Origin: Klebsormidium nitens
Taxonomy: Eukaryota > Plantae > Klebsormidiophyceae
Direction of reading: 5' to 3'
Length of the DNA stretch: 64,000 nucleotides
Assembly: GCA_000708835.1 (NCBI GenBank)
Contig: DF237286.1
Coordinates: forward strand, 1-64,000
Part shown: in pieces, positions 1 to 38,922 of the stretch
How positions within the stretch are numbered: position 1 is the first letter of the stretch
Layout of the letters: the number at the start of each line of letters is the position of its first letter
The notes under the pieces: model-generated
Seen by the model: only the letters and a program-made list of their open reading frames with translations
The model's database searches: none
What the model was told of the DNA's origin: nothing
Translations under genes and position numbers: made by a program

Positions 1-43
1 CTTGGTTAAGTTTCGGGCCTTTCGTGATCCGAAACGTGACCTA

Positions 44-510
44 GGGGCTATTCAGACCAAAATCGGGATGTGGGGTTTCTCAGGCAAATCGCGCACCCGG
101 GTCTCGAAATGGACATCCGAGTCCCGACATCCGGTTTGGGCTATTCAGACCGACCGAGTCTCTGCTGACGTCGGGCACATCCCGGATGTCCAAAATTTGC
201 AAAAATCGGCACCCGGCCCTTTGGCAGAATGTCGATTGCGAAAAGGGGTGTCGCTGACGTACGGGGGCAACGATGAAGGCGGCAAGTTGCCGATCGAGCG
301 GTCTTTTCCAATTTGTACACGAGGTGTACAGAATTCAGTACATACGAGTAACGAAAGCTGACGTACGACATCCCACACCCGGAGCCCGGGACCCGATGCA
401 GTCTGGATAGGGGTGCGGGTTTGCCGAAACCCTGCAGTTTTCGGATTTGACAAACGTCAGCAAAACCCCGTTTTGGACACCGAGACCCCGATTTTGGTCT
501 GAATAGCCCC
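44..510. mobile_element. Non-coding element bounded by perfect 24-bp terminal inverted repeats (MITE-like)
   Basis: GGGGCTATTCAGACCAAAATCGGG at 44-67 and its exact reverse complement at 487-510; partial internal copy GGGCTATTCAGACC at 138-151; no credible ORF. No target-site duplication found, so superfamily is unassigned. Confidence 0.6.
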
Positions 511-1392
511 CAGGGTTCTGCAAGCGGTTGAATGCCATACTTCTACCTTTAAATGGTTTACATGACGTCGATAAATGAGCTCGCGCGTACCGTCGTCGGG
601 GTCGGTAGATCATGGACGGTAGATCATTCTACTAAAGGCGCTGCGGCGCTACCCGCCGCGAATTATATTAGGGTTCAATTATGGCAGCTGATCATGAGCT
701 GCGCAGACGGGCGAGAATCGCACTGGGCTGAGCTCAGCCGGAATTTCTGTGACAGCATTGTAACACTCAATCCATGACAAGTTGGGCATGCAACGTTATA
801 CAGTAGTGGGCGGACATGGTCGATCGCAACTAAGTACGTTCACATGCAGCTAGCTGGCGGCCGTAGTAGCACAGTAACGTGAAAATCACGGACCATTCTT
901 GGGTTGAACCCGAATGATCGACTCATACATGCATGACCAATTGCTCTCACACAATGCCCATGCTGTCTGCAAGTCATACTCCGAATGTGTGATCGATCGG
1001 CCGTTCGTTCATTGTAGTTTACTAGCTAGTAGATTAGCGTACGTCAATCTGCGCATAGAAGATGTACATACTATGAGCAGATTGGTGATTGCATTATCAT
1101 GTGCGTAAGACCATTGTCACCTTAAAGCGAATCAACGATTTTCAATGACCTGCAACCCAGGTGCCGCTAGCTCAGACGCCTGGCAATTGCCGCCACGGTA
1201 AGAAGCATTGACTTTGAAGTTCGTCAACGGGCTTGAAAATAAGATTATGCTACATTCGGACATTGCGTGCACATGCTCTATCAGGAGACCTTTAGTACTT
1301 CTGCAGGTTTGAATAACCGTGACACAGGCGTGCAAGTCCACTGAGACATGCAGCCGAGAAACTCTTCGCCCCAACGGCGATAGAAAAAGGTG

Positions 1393-18613
<17,221 letters not shown>

Positions 18614-19374
18614 GCTGTCAACTCCAGGTGGTGCTCCTGATCAGCACACCTTCTGTAAAACTTTGTCAGAGCATCCCTACCTTACCTACCGTATCTGGAA
18701 AGTCTCCTTGACTGGGGGCACCTTAATGTATCAGTGCAGGAAAGGCAAGAGGCAAGAACTCTCATGCAGGAGAACGACAACAGCAGATTAGCGACGAGTT
18801 CTAAGGGCGTTTTATCAATCGCGAAAAATGGCAATGCAGTCGCGAATGCCTGTTTGTTGGTGTTTGTTCGATCTAGTTCATAGCGCGTACCCAGATCCGG
18901 CCCGATCCGACCCAGCTGGCCGGCGCAAAGTTACCGATCATACGCGGCGGTCGAGCCGAGGCTACCCGTGGGCTCAACCGGGCACTGTTTGTTGCGGGGA
19001 GGCTGTACTATTAGTGGCCGGGGCCGATGAGAGTCTGAACAACTTGGAGAACTTCATTGTGAACTCGGATTGGTCCGAACTTTGAACTTCTGGCACTATC
19101 GAGTCATATATGAACTTCTCCGGAACAACTCTCGTTGATTTCGGGAACGGTCTGTGGAGGCGGAAACGGGAGAGGACGTACAGGTGTAATACAAGGCAAT
19201 GCCACGCCTGACGGCGTTTGATGGCATTGCCAAAAATCACTGCAAAGTTCAACTTTCCGGCTTCTTGATCCACCGAGAGTTTTTGAAGGTTAGAACCTAG
19301 AGCACTCTTGACCAGTCTAATTGACAAAGAGGACGACTCATCCGTCAACTATTGACCAGTAGTCACTGCTGCAT

Positions 19375-19561
19375 CTGACACGTGGATTAGGCGCGACTAA
19401 AATCCCCGCTGACAGCCGTCCACGTGGAACGTGCTGGAGTATCTTCTGACGTCACTCGATCAACTGCGGACACTATCCGGACGTCCTTTTGGAGGTCAGG
19501 CAGTCCGAAGATAGTTGAAGAGTCTGAATTTTGCTGACTCACCACTGGAGTGAAGCCACGT
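19375..19561. promoter_or_regulatory. Cluster of G-box/ABRE-type ACGT elements in the divergent ABCC/beta-amylase intergenic region
   Basis: GACACGTGG (CACGTG 19379-19384), CCACGTGG (CACGTG 19421-19426) and GCCACGT (ACGTGGC on minus, 19555-19561). Motif match only. Confidence 0.4.
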
Positions 19562-20265
19562 CAGTTGGGAAAAGTAGCTTTTTGGCCGCGGCGCCTCAAC
19601 GGTCCGTACCGAGCTGATGCGGTGTGTATAATCATGTCCAATTCGACGCTGAACGATGAATGCCCTTTGCAGCGGTCACAAGGACGTTTGCTGTCGAGTT
19701 TCCGGGGATTTGTCGTCTTTCGCGCCGTCGAAAGCCGGTACGTACTTCTCGGGTGTGGACGGATGCTTGTCCAGCTGTCAATCCAAAAGCTTGACACTAA
19801 ATTATTATCCGACTATGAGAAATCTAGAGTGTTGGCGATGTGTCAACTCAGCTTCTGTATCTCTGCAAAAGTGAGAGCAAGGAAGGAAGCCTGATCGCCT
19901 GTGATCGCCTGAGTCCTCGTGCGCAGGAGCAGGAGGGTTTGAATTGGTCTTGGAAGGGGGTCGACAGTTGTGGGAGGAGGATTTCGGATGGCTTCCTGTC
20001 GTCCTGGTCAGGCTCAGCGGCAAATGGCTTCTGTCAACATGTAGCTACTACCGTAGAAGCTTGTGCAATAGTTGCCAGCTGCGATTGATCAGTCGTATGC
20101 ACTCCCAATTGGCTACAGTAGGCTTCCGGTTCGGATGTAATAAGGTGATTGCTGGCCATCCAGGTGATTACAGATTAGGGTTCGCACTTGGTGTTTGACC
20201 TGATTCGTTTCATTGTATAGGCGTGTAACAAGCACAATCTGTGAGGCATTCTGGGCAGCGCAACC

Positions 20266-28718
<8,453 letters not shown>

Positions 28719-30179
28719 GTGTGGTTATGATTGGGTTGCAACAGGGTGTGCGAAAGGGTTTGCTGCGACTAATGGACCAACGACTACTTGTGCGTTTCAT
28801 AGAAGTAACGAGCTGCTAGAGATCAAGTTGTAACGGGCTCGACAGTGCAATCTACTTGGACACTCACATGTCTGTTTTACAGTGAGTTGAGACAATATAT
28901 TGGTGTAAGTATGGATATTAAGTCGGACCTTTCTAAGACGCCTTTTGAGTTCCTCTCCAATAGCATGCCTCGAGCACGTTGTAAAATTGTTTTCAAATGG
29001 GTTCGCTGAGTTTATGTTTGTCGATCATGCATATGAGCTAGCTGGCACTTTGCATGAAGATGCATGGTTTTTGGCCTCAACTTTCGAGTGAGTATGTTTG
29101 CATTGCATAAGTTCGTGACCGTCTGAGAGGACGTAGTCAATTTGCCATGATTCCATCTTAACTTAGTCAACTGCATCGCGGCTCGTTTACGCAGGCCATG
29201 CATCAATCATTAGTAAGCCCGGACATAACTTGCATTCGATAGCTGTAGCAAGTTGTAGAGTCAACAAACAACATCCCGGCCGGGTCTGCCGAAGACCGTG
29301 CTCCATGGCCGGCTCCAATTAACGTGGCTAGAAGGGCGTTATATAATAAATGCTATATAGAAGTTCCAATTGACTGGACTCTCGAAGTTCAAGGCACTGG
29401 CACGTAATGATGTGCAGCGACAGGATGGTAAACCTATGCATAAATGACGCGGCGGCGGTCGTTCATCCGATCTGCATATGTATATAAGGATGTCATATAT
29501 GGACATTTTCTTTCAGCTGTAATCAAATTCAATCAACGCAGTTGCCAGCAGACTGAACATATCGAGATCGGCCTGGGTCTTCGATCCAAATATTTTGATC
29601 AATTACTGCAAATGCCACCCGGATGCAAATTAGCTAATTGTTTGTCGACCGGACCGTCCGACGATAACCAACCACTCCGACATGCGCATGCGTCCCACTA
29701 AATTAAGGACACTATTCAGCCGGCTGCTTTGAGCCATTCATTGACATCATGCAGCGGGAATCTGGCTCATGACATTTCTTACGTCAACACTAGAAGCCAG
29801 TGATCGACATAGTTGCAAGTTCAGTTTCTTGGATGCAAGACACCCACAAAGAACTCAATTGCATGCGGCATAACCTTATAGTAGGTAGAACGGTTTGCAA
29901 ACCTCTATGCCATTGTCGTACCTTAAAAGGTATTCCACAAAATCAAAAGCTCTCCAATGCACAGATGATATTTAACACTTGGTTGGCAGGACCGATTGTC
30001 CGCTGTGATGACTTAGGTATCATGCATGCAATGGTACTGTACAATGAACCTGAAGCTTCGCCCTCTCTTGCTGTCATGCTGAAGCTTAGCGAAAGTACAT
30101 AGACGCCACAAAGCTTGGCATCTATGTTGCACAAAACGAGAACTCGTTCATCGTTTGCTTGCCGCTCCTTGAAGTAGGA

Positions 30180-33100
30180 TTACCGTGATGGGCTGCAGAA
30201 GAACAGGTGAGCAAGATGTGGTGAGCACGCGATCCGGACAGCTGAGCCTATCACGAATAGAACATCCTTGAACACGTAGCAGGACAACAAACAAGGTGAG
30301 CAAGGTGCGGTGAGCACACCGCAATACGGACAGCTGAGCCTATCACAAATAGAAATCCTTGAACACGTAGCAGGACAGGGACCAGAATCAAGGAGCATGA
30401 GCAACTAGAATTCGCTCCTTCAGGGTTGACTAAAGAACGGAGTTGCATCACTGAGGGCCAATAACAAGCTCTAAAGCAGTCCGACTTTTGCTCTCTCATA
30501 GCTAGATGCCCAACCTTGTTAAACGCGGGGTTGCTCAAGTCACTGCAGAATAATGGCCAGAAAGATTTTAAAAAGTGGCACATATTTCGAGGTAAAGAAA
30601 GTCGCTGAGTGAACACAACACCACGCACCTTCTCGACCCTGTGCGCGGGGATGGGGTCCTCTTCGGTGGCGGTGAGCGTGTTGGAGACCGATTCCGTTCT
30701 CTTTCGTCTCTAGCTCTGCAATAAGATTCGAAACACCTGGTTGGCTGCTAGACGGCTGCAAGGTAAACCGGATACTAAAGGTCCCCACATTTAGAGAGAA
30801 GTATAATGGTTTTCTCATGTCCTTGGCTGTGAAGTACGGCCAGTGTTGAGCTTACTCTGCCGGTGTCTGGCTAGAAGACTAAAGAGAAACAGTGAATCAG
30901 AGAGGCGGATCACCGCAGTCCCGACCAGTCTCTATGCCCTGACTTACGAACAGAAAGCAAATGCCAGATCCTAGTCCAAGTATACCCGACCATCGAACAA
31001 CAAGCTCAGGTGAAGTAGAAGAAGCACGACCACGTCAATGATCAGTATGCAGAGAACAAGCTAGGGCGTGAATCTCAGCGCTTGCAGACGCGTCCGGTCT
31101 GCACGTCTTCTTGTGAAGACAACATGACCCCCCTCCGCTTTGGTTAGTTCTCTCTCAATTAGAGAATCCCAGTCCGGCTTCAGAGTAACACAGGAACAGC
31201 GGCACTGTCTGGATTCCAAAGTGGCGAGACTTCCCGAACGAGGGTTTCACCTACCTCTTAAAAGCGACCAACACTTAACCTGAAACAGCTCGAGAAAGCT
31301 CTAGCAACAAGATATTACCGAGCCCGCTCGCAGGTTCTAGAAAGCTACGAAATCATTGCTTGGCCACTTGCAGAGCTCGAGGGAACCCTTGAACACGTCT
31401 TTTAGTAAGCAGCCGCAACCACAAGAGGGTCCGTCTCACTTAAAGGCTACTCTCCTCTTCTGCAGAGCAAGCCGTTTCCTCTGGCGTCGATCCGCCAACA
31501 TTTCAATGAGGTTTAGTTTGACTGGGTCAACTAACCTTGGTGGGCTCTGATCCCGGGGTGGAGGAGATACGTCCCTCCGTGGCGGCGAGTCCCGGCGGCG
31601 AGGGGAATAAGCTGCACAGAAGATGCAAAATTACGGGTTAAACGATGGCAAAAAAGCTCATGCTCCATGCTGAAGATTAGAAAGCACGGCAAAGGTGAGG
31701 CCCTTTATCTAAGTCGACTGGCAGGACGAAGGTTGTTTCTCCTCGACAAAGCCCACACATTTCGAAATGACTGAGGGAACGTCTGCATCATGAGAAAAGC
31801 ACAGTCAAGGCCGTCCTCTGCACACACACCTCTCGGAAAGATGGGAATAATGTCACTTACATCGGCGGCGCCGATCGGGGTCACGAGGCTCCCGGGAATC
31901 TCGAGGGGGTGGCCGGCTGCGCAAATGGGCAATTCTGACGTCAGCAAACGGTTGCAGGCTGCGAACGGAAGGCTTGCAGCCCCCGGTGTCGATCCTCGTT
32001 CTGATAGGGCGGTCATGTATGAGTTCTCGGGGAAGTGGCGAGTGTTCACTGAGGGAGCGCATGCTCCCCGAGGATCTGCTTTGGTCATATTTCCCTGAGG
32101 GATGAATTGCACAAAAAGTTGAAACTTCCCGATATTTAAGGCGAGGCAGACTGTCCAAGGAGCGACCGCCAACCGTCCCTTGGTATTTTTACCGGCGACC
32201 CTGAGGGACGTATCGTCCTCCAGAACATCGAGTTAAAATTCTGGGGGATGAAATCACCGGTTTTCGGTACCTGAGGGACGAGAATTTGGTTCCTGCGGGA
32301 CGGTGCACCCCGAAAATGTTCATATCTGCCCACCCTATGAGGGAGACAACCCCTCAGTGCTTGGCATAATGGACAGCTGACTCCTCACTTGCAGACGTCT
32401 TTGGGATGCCAATAGGCGGTGCCTTGTTGCGCAAATTTGGTCTCTTCCAAGCTTTGCAGACGACCGTAAGGCAGCGACAAGCACAAATCGATGCGGAGTT
32501 ACCGCTGTGATTCAATTGATCAACACTCATAGGATATAACTGTGTATCAGACCTGAGCTTGGTCTAAACGATCTTGCCGAACTAAGCTGGGGGGCCAGCA
32601 AACAATGTTCCGTTGCCTGACGTCACTTGGGCTTTGCAGACTGGGATCAACCAGGACGTCCTACCCTTCGCACAACCACAAAGAAGTCCAGCGCCACCTT
32701 TTTGACGCGTGTGTTCACCAAGCGGTAGAGCAACCTTTCACGGATCACACAACCGTGGCAGAAAATCAGCGCTGAATTTGATCAGCAGAGCAGAGCAGAT
32801 TGCGATACCTCGTGCGTTCTCGAGTCCGCATCTCGTCGGGCGCCTTCCGCCGCTCCTCCGCAAAGACGACAGTGATCTCGCGCCCCGCTAGGACACTCCT
32901 GTCCATGTCGTACTGGGCATCCGAGGCGTCCCGGGGGTCATCGAACTCGACGAAACCGAATCCACGGGACTCCCTGGAGCAAAAAGGGTGAGAAGAAAGG
33001 CCCCTCAGACTGGGAAGCAACAAAAGATCTCTTATTGGTGTTCCATGTTCACTATGCGGAGCAGCGATTGGTGAGAAACAACCGCTCTAATGACTTCTCC

Positions 33101-35020
33101 AGAACCGCACGAGTTCTACCAACGTACCTGTCTTACCTGCACTCCCGGTGCCTTTCCAACGACCTTACCTGCCCAATCGCATATTGATGAGAGTGTTCAG
33201 ATACCAACTCTGCTGCCGGCCAGGCCCTTTGTTTACAATGCAGAATGAGAGCTTCGCCGAAAGCGGGACAAATCTAGTACAGTTCCATTCCGTTGAACCT
33301 GCTAGGATCTCAACAAAAGCTGGTTTCTTGAGCTCCCCAAAAGTGGGAGCTCTAGACTTTACTCCGACCCTGGAAGCCTTATGATAGCTCTCCAATGGTA
33401 CACTGCCAATATGGTGTGGCAAAAATTGCGCAGCGACCACACTGCCATATACCTACCAACGGCAGAATTGGCTGAGGAGGTGTCTTGATCTTCGCTCTCA
33501 CTTCACGTCACCTCTTCTTCACTTCACGAGTGCTACACAGCAATTCTTCATCTTGATTCCAGGGGTGGGGCTTGCGAGCAGGTCTCTGGGTTGGATCTCG
33601 ACTTGATCTTGAATGTCAGAATCTTCATCTTCACCGCAAATGTCGTGACTTCATCTTGTTCCTTCAGGCTGAACCACACAGCTACAGCATTAGAGGACTT
33701 CATTTTGGGCAACAGTGAAAGAAAAGGTGTGAAGCCCCCTCCCCAGGCTCTGTTGGGTGAACAAATCTGTTCACAGTGCCAAAAGCCTGCAACAGTTCCT
33801 GACTGTTGGGAAAGCGCTGTATGGGGGATCCTATCACCAGAATTTTGTGTCCACTGTTTCGCTGCCTAGGATCTTGTTCCCGACCAATGTTACATGCTGA
33901 GAACTATCAGTCTTTACGTTCACATGAACCCACAGGCGGACGACCTTTTCACACGTTTCGGACCAGTCTTGGCTGCTGAAACTAACCAATTTCTATGATG
34001 GAAAAAGGTGGTGGTGCAACGTACCCTGTGTAGTAGTCCCTCGGGATGTAAGCGTCTCGCATGGGACCAAAGCGGGTGAAGGCATAGCGGAGCTCCTCCT
34101 GACTGCAAACGCGGAAATTTGAAAGATGTTACCCGCCATTGAGTACTTTTACTCTCCGGCGGACAAAGTCTGCAGTTCCTTAGAACTGAGTTCTTCAAGG
34201 TCCAATGCAGCAGCATTCAGAAGATGCCAAACAATTGATGAAAGTGGAGAAGATTTCTGCAACCTGTCCTATAACAATGATGGCAGGAGCGGGTGGTCCA
34301 GAGCAAAGAATGGCAACTTCTTGGACCGCTTCTACCACATTCAGCTAGATCAAAAACGGAATTCCTCTAACTTCCATGAATCAAATAGTATCTGTTCTGC
34401 AATCCCCGAGCCGCACAGCTAGACTTTCATGGAAATGTTTTCAAACAAGTAGGTGCACCAGATGAGCCAATCTTTGGTTCATTGAAGTGCTTTCATTGGC
34501 AGCCAGCCTCGACACCTCAATATTCAAAAGCTCAGTCTTTCAAAATAAGCATTGGGAAAGTAATAGGTTCAACTTAATCAGGAATAATATATCCAAACCC
34601 TTATCCAACCATTAACAGCTAATCGACCACCATAACCACTCATATGAGCATGATGATCACCGGTCAGTCTCCCGTCAAAGTGAAGACGGCAAAGACTGGT
34701 CACTGATACAGTCTCCTGGACCAAAATGGAAACCACTCTTAAGCTTCGAGGGCGCTTTCTGCGCAAAAGTCTCTGCTTCTGCAAATCAAGTCTGTCTGGC
34801 ACACTTTTGCATCCCAACAGGAACTGCAACACATAATGCCACTTCGCGCACTTGCAGGCAATGGAGTTGTGACTTTGCTCCAGCGCAACGAAGAAGTCAG
34901 AAATGCTCACCGCATGCTCCGAGGAAGATTGCGCACGAGCAACGACGTCCTTTCCTTGCGCCTCGACGACCCCGATGGAGGGCCCGGACTCCGCTCCCGG
35001 GGACTTAGCGAGTGAGGCAT
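30180..35020 (-). CDS. SC35-like (SCL-type) serine/arginine-rich splicing factor, one RRM plus RS/RP domain, 7 exons, ~194 aa
   Basis: Exons 35020-34911, 34102-34025, 32973-32809, 31916-31861, 31611-31536, 30715-30629, 30192-30180; phases consistent (585 nt). RRM: TSLLVRNLPR, FTRFGPMRDAYIPRDYYTG, ESRGFGFVEF, GREITVVFAEERRKAPDEMR; tail RRRRSYSPRRRDSPP..RSPTRSPP..SPSR. Confidence 0.9.
30205..30377. repeat. ~90-bp tandem duplication in the last intron of the SR-protein gene
   Basis: AGGTGAGCAAG..GGACAGCTGAGCCTATCAC..ATCCTTGAACACGTAGCAGGACA at 30205-30286 and 30294-30377. Confidence 0.9.
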
Positions 35021-36046
35021 GACGCTGCCCTCTTCAGCTGGCTCTGCTGCGCACCAAGCAAAAATGTACCTGTGATCTCGGAGTCAAAGGTGGAACTGCA
35101 AACTTCCGCAGCCATTGTCCAGTTGTCAATGTCAGTTCCTGTTCACATGCACGGTGTGGCCTAAAGTCGCCCAAAGTTGTCGCGCAACCTTATCGGACAA
35201 AATTAATGATGATTGTGAGCCGTCCTCGAAGGCGCATCAGTGCATCGGACGGACAAAGTGTTACAGAACTTCATGACATGGCCACAGCTTTTCGAAAAGA
35301 AGTTTTGGCTCTCATTGCATTCAAGCCGTCCAGATGACGAGAAGGATATCGATGGGTCATCGATGGTGTATCACCAGCACCTAAATGCCGTCGATTGAGT
35401 CTGGGACGTTGCCGACCGCAAGATCGTCATGATGATCAGTAGACCGCCCAACGGTAATCTTTTGTAAAAGCGCGTACCGTACAGGATCTGACGAATGCGC
35501 CGTACTGCTGTTTGGCCGTGGTTTGTGTAGCCGCTGCCAGATGTATAAGCTAATTTAGGCACAATATATGCGTCGATATACAGTACACGCTTAGAAATTT
35601 ATCTACGAAGATTTACACATTTTCCTAGCGTACTGCTGCGTACGTGTTGGAGATGATCGGTCTTGCACAACGCAGAGTGGCTGATTACTTCGTCGTATCT
35701 CTCGAAGCCAGTCGGCATTTTGCCAGAGATCCAAACAATTTGATCAACAACCTCCTTTCAGTTTCAGCTCTTTGTTCCAGCACTTTGGGAGGGAAAAGAT
35801 TTCGCGTGAATGATGATCAGATGAACTTTGAAGGCGACTGGAAGCGGCGCGGAGATGGGCTGATAATTCTTCAAGAACGATTGATTTGAGCTCTGGAGTC
35901 TGGGGCCAGCAGCTGCAGAAAGAGGAAGAAGGACAATGATCATGGAGGAGAAGACAATTTCAGGGCGCTTTATTTCTGCGCAAACCAGTTGACTGAACAA
36001 CAGGCCAGATGTGTTGATCTTTGCAGCCCCTGAATGCAGGCGCACA

Positions 36047-38922
36047 ATGCAGGTGCAAAGCCAGGTGCTTTCCTCGTCCAGGGAGACGGACGAGGAGACA
36101 CTCTTCTCGAGAGGGACCCATGCCTTTCAAAGCGTGTTCGGGCAGGTTGGACGACAAGAGGCTCTGTTAGAGAAGCAGGCCAGGGACCAATCACTGCCGA
36201 GGGATGCAGCAGTGCCGAATGGAGCACCTGTAGCCCGGGCGGGGGGGCAGGCATCTTGTGATGACATCAGTGGCGTCCACTCGTGGAAGCCTGTCCGAAG
36301 GGAGAATCTATGGACCAGTGCTTCGCTGCTGAAGGCTGCGCTCGGCAACAGCGCCGCCGCGAAAGCGAGCCGGGAAAAAGATGCAAACGCCAAGGCGCCC
36401 TTCTCGTTCAAGGAAAGTCCGCCGTCAAAGAGCGGGAAAATGGTGTGGCGGACAGCAGATCCAAGAATGGGGGGTGGCGCCGGCATATGCCTCAAGAAGC
36501 TGAGCAGGCGGGAGCTACAGCTAAAGCGCTTGGAGCTGCGGCCGCTGTTGAATGCATTGAGGTTTGTGGAGAGCAGCAACAGGGTGAACGTGCCGGACGG
36601 TGATGACGGGACCAGCATTGGGCCGCTGCAGATTAGCTTGGACTATCACCACGACGTTTGGCAGAAGATGCACCCCTGGGAGAAGGCGAGGTGAGGCGTT
36701 TCAGCTGCGACAATGTTGACACCAATTCACTTAGAACCCCTGAATTGCACTAGTAAATGTAATGACGGTTTATTGGTGTCGGTGTGAATGTTGGTTCTTT
36801 ATACTCTCAATACTAGCAAGCCATCTTGGAACATGCGAGAGCGCGTTTAAAAGATAGGAGTGTGCTGGTTCAGAATTCGCCGTCTGTTTTAATCTGTTTG
36901 TTGGAGCCTCCAAATCCAATTGAAAAGAGCTGACAGTCTGCACTGAGATTAAGAAACACAGCCCCTTCGCCCTGGTTTTAGGAAGGATTGTTGAAGTTTG
37001 GCCATGACCGCTCAATTCTCTTCCATGTTTTCTGAACAGACGCTCCAATGTGTGGCGTGTGGCGCCCGCTGCCAATGCGTTCCTGTAAAGGGGTTAAGGA
37101 ATCTTGCGTATTCACCAAATTCTGAGTTGCTCAAAGGGCTGGGTTCATGCCCTCCATGGACTTAATGGCTGCAGTGCGCAATTGACGGTACTCAAATAGT
37201 TGAAAAGCTTGGACCTGTGACAAGACAGCTACAGCTGAGAGCAGTTGCATGCAACCCCAAGGATGTAAGACCCTTTCTTATAACAATGGAGTTTTGAAGT
37301 AAATCCAGTGCTGAAAATTGGTGCCAACATACTTGAGGCAAGCACGCCAGAGAGATTCTCCAGCAAGCTGCCGGCTTTAGTAACTCAATCAGTGCTAGAA
37401 TCCATCGGCTTCCAATCAGTGACCTAAGCAGAACGGCACTTTTTGGGGAACTGCCAATTTCGTCTGATTCTGGGGGGAATGGAAGGGTGCGGATGTTGGA
37501 AGAAGTCTCTAATGTAGACAATCATGCCTTCGTCAAACTTTGTTTCAAACAGCAAGGGAACACTGTTGTGGCGCAATCCTTTACAGCATTGCCAGGCTAA
37601 CTCTGCTCAAGAACTAGGATCTATCCGTGAAGATGCATCTGCTCTGGCATGCTTTGAAGTGGTCGAGGAAAAGGCTCCAGGCTCTGTTGGGGAGGCACGT
37701 GTTGCACAGGGGATAGCTGCACTTCAACATTAGCAACGGCACTGCAGAAGTGATCAAAGTTTCTCGGGCGAATTGTTTCTGGGATGGTGTGGCTGTCAGC
37801 CACAACCGTGCTTCTTGGCTTCCTCCATTCTAGACTTCCGGGGTCGGTGCACGAGCAAGGACTTTCCATGGACTGTAGATAAGCTCAACTATCCTACCTC
37901 TTGACAATCATGATCCCAGTCTACACCAGACAAGCCATCTCTGGGGCTGCACAGATTGCCGGCTCTGCGCTTGCAAAATCCTCCTGCCGACTTTTCCGCC
38001 TTACTTCTCAGGCCTCATCTTTTCGTCCTTCACTGTGAAAACTTCTTCAAAGTGCCTGTTTTTCTTCCCTTTCCGAAGTGCTTGCCTGCATCTCAAACTG
38101 TTCCCTTCCTTCTTTCAGGAACATTGACCATGCTGAGGAGACTGTCATCCAATATTGGTCCATCTACTGCCCCAAGGCCCTGGAGACGCAGGACTACGAG
38201 ACCCTGGCAAAGGTTCACAATGGTGAGAAGCTTCGCTACCTTGTTACGTCATCTGCTTTGTCCATCTTGGCCTTGGGGCATGTGATAAAGTCAGGGACAG
38301 TAGTTCCTTATTACCTGCGCCATATTGAAATCCTGCTGCTCAAGGATTGGTGAAAGGTGTTGGGGCGGCCTCTATCTAATTCTTGAACTGCATTCCAATT
38401 CTCTTCTTGATACTTTGTTAGTGCTTTTGTTGCTTCTCTGGCACTTCCCTTCAGACATGCAGAAGTCAGGTTGATTGGAGCTACTTGTGATCCTTCCCAG
38501 GAATTCTCATCACTAGATTGTGTTCAAACATAGAATTAGCTGTATTGTGAGTTCTTCTCTTGCTCTTCCAAAATCGCCCCAGGTACAATCTGTGTCTTTG
38601 TATCCCCTGTTAGCAAAAGCTACGCGTTAAGACCAAGAGTTCCTGGCGAAGACAGTCCCACTGACATTTGAGACAAGATACTCAACTGGATGTCCAAAGA
38701 AGTACAGTAACTTGCGATGCAATTGTCCTGACGAATGTCCTCCATACCGCACAGGGGGTCCGAATGGCCCGTCCGCCGGCAAGACGACATATTACTGGAG
38801 CAAAGTGCTGCGGCATCTCAAGCAGCAGCAGGAAGTGAAGATTCCACCAGACGCCACGCACCTGTCGCCTCGTCGAGCGCCCGGGGCGGGGACAAAATGG
38901 AAGGATGCGCCCCGGAGAACAG
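36047..38922 (+). CDS. Destabilase / i-type-lysozyme-like domain (exons 36047-36690, 38119-38222, 38755-38922); possibly the N-terminus of the following IQ protein
   Basis: Spliced peptide ALRFVESSNRVNVPDGDDGTSIGPLQISLDYHHDVWQKMHPWEKAR|NIDHAEETVIQYWSIYCPKALETQDYETLAKVHNG|GPNGPSAGKTTYYWSKV shows the VES...G.LQI..Y and HNGGP...YW.KV signatures. Start codon uncertain; exon 3 either splices at 38922 or reads to a stop at 38981. Confidence 0.8.

Noticed and set aside
553-790. Stretch superficially reminiscent of small-subunit rRNA
   Set aside because: No universal rRNA signature (e.g. GTGCCAGCAGCCGCGGTAA) is actually present.
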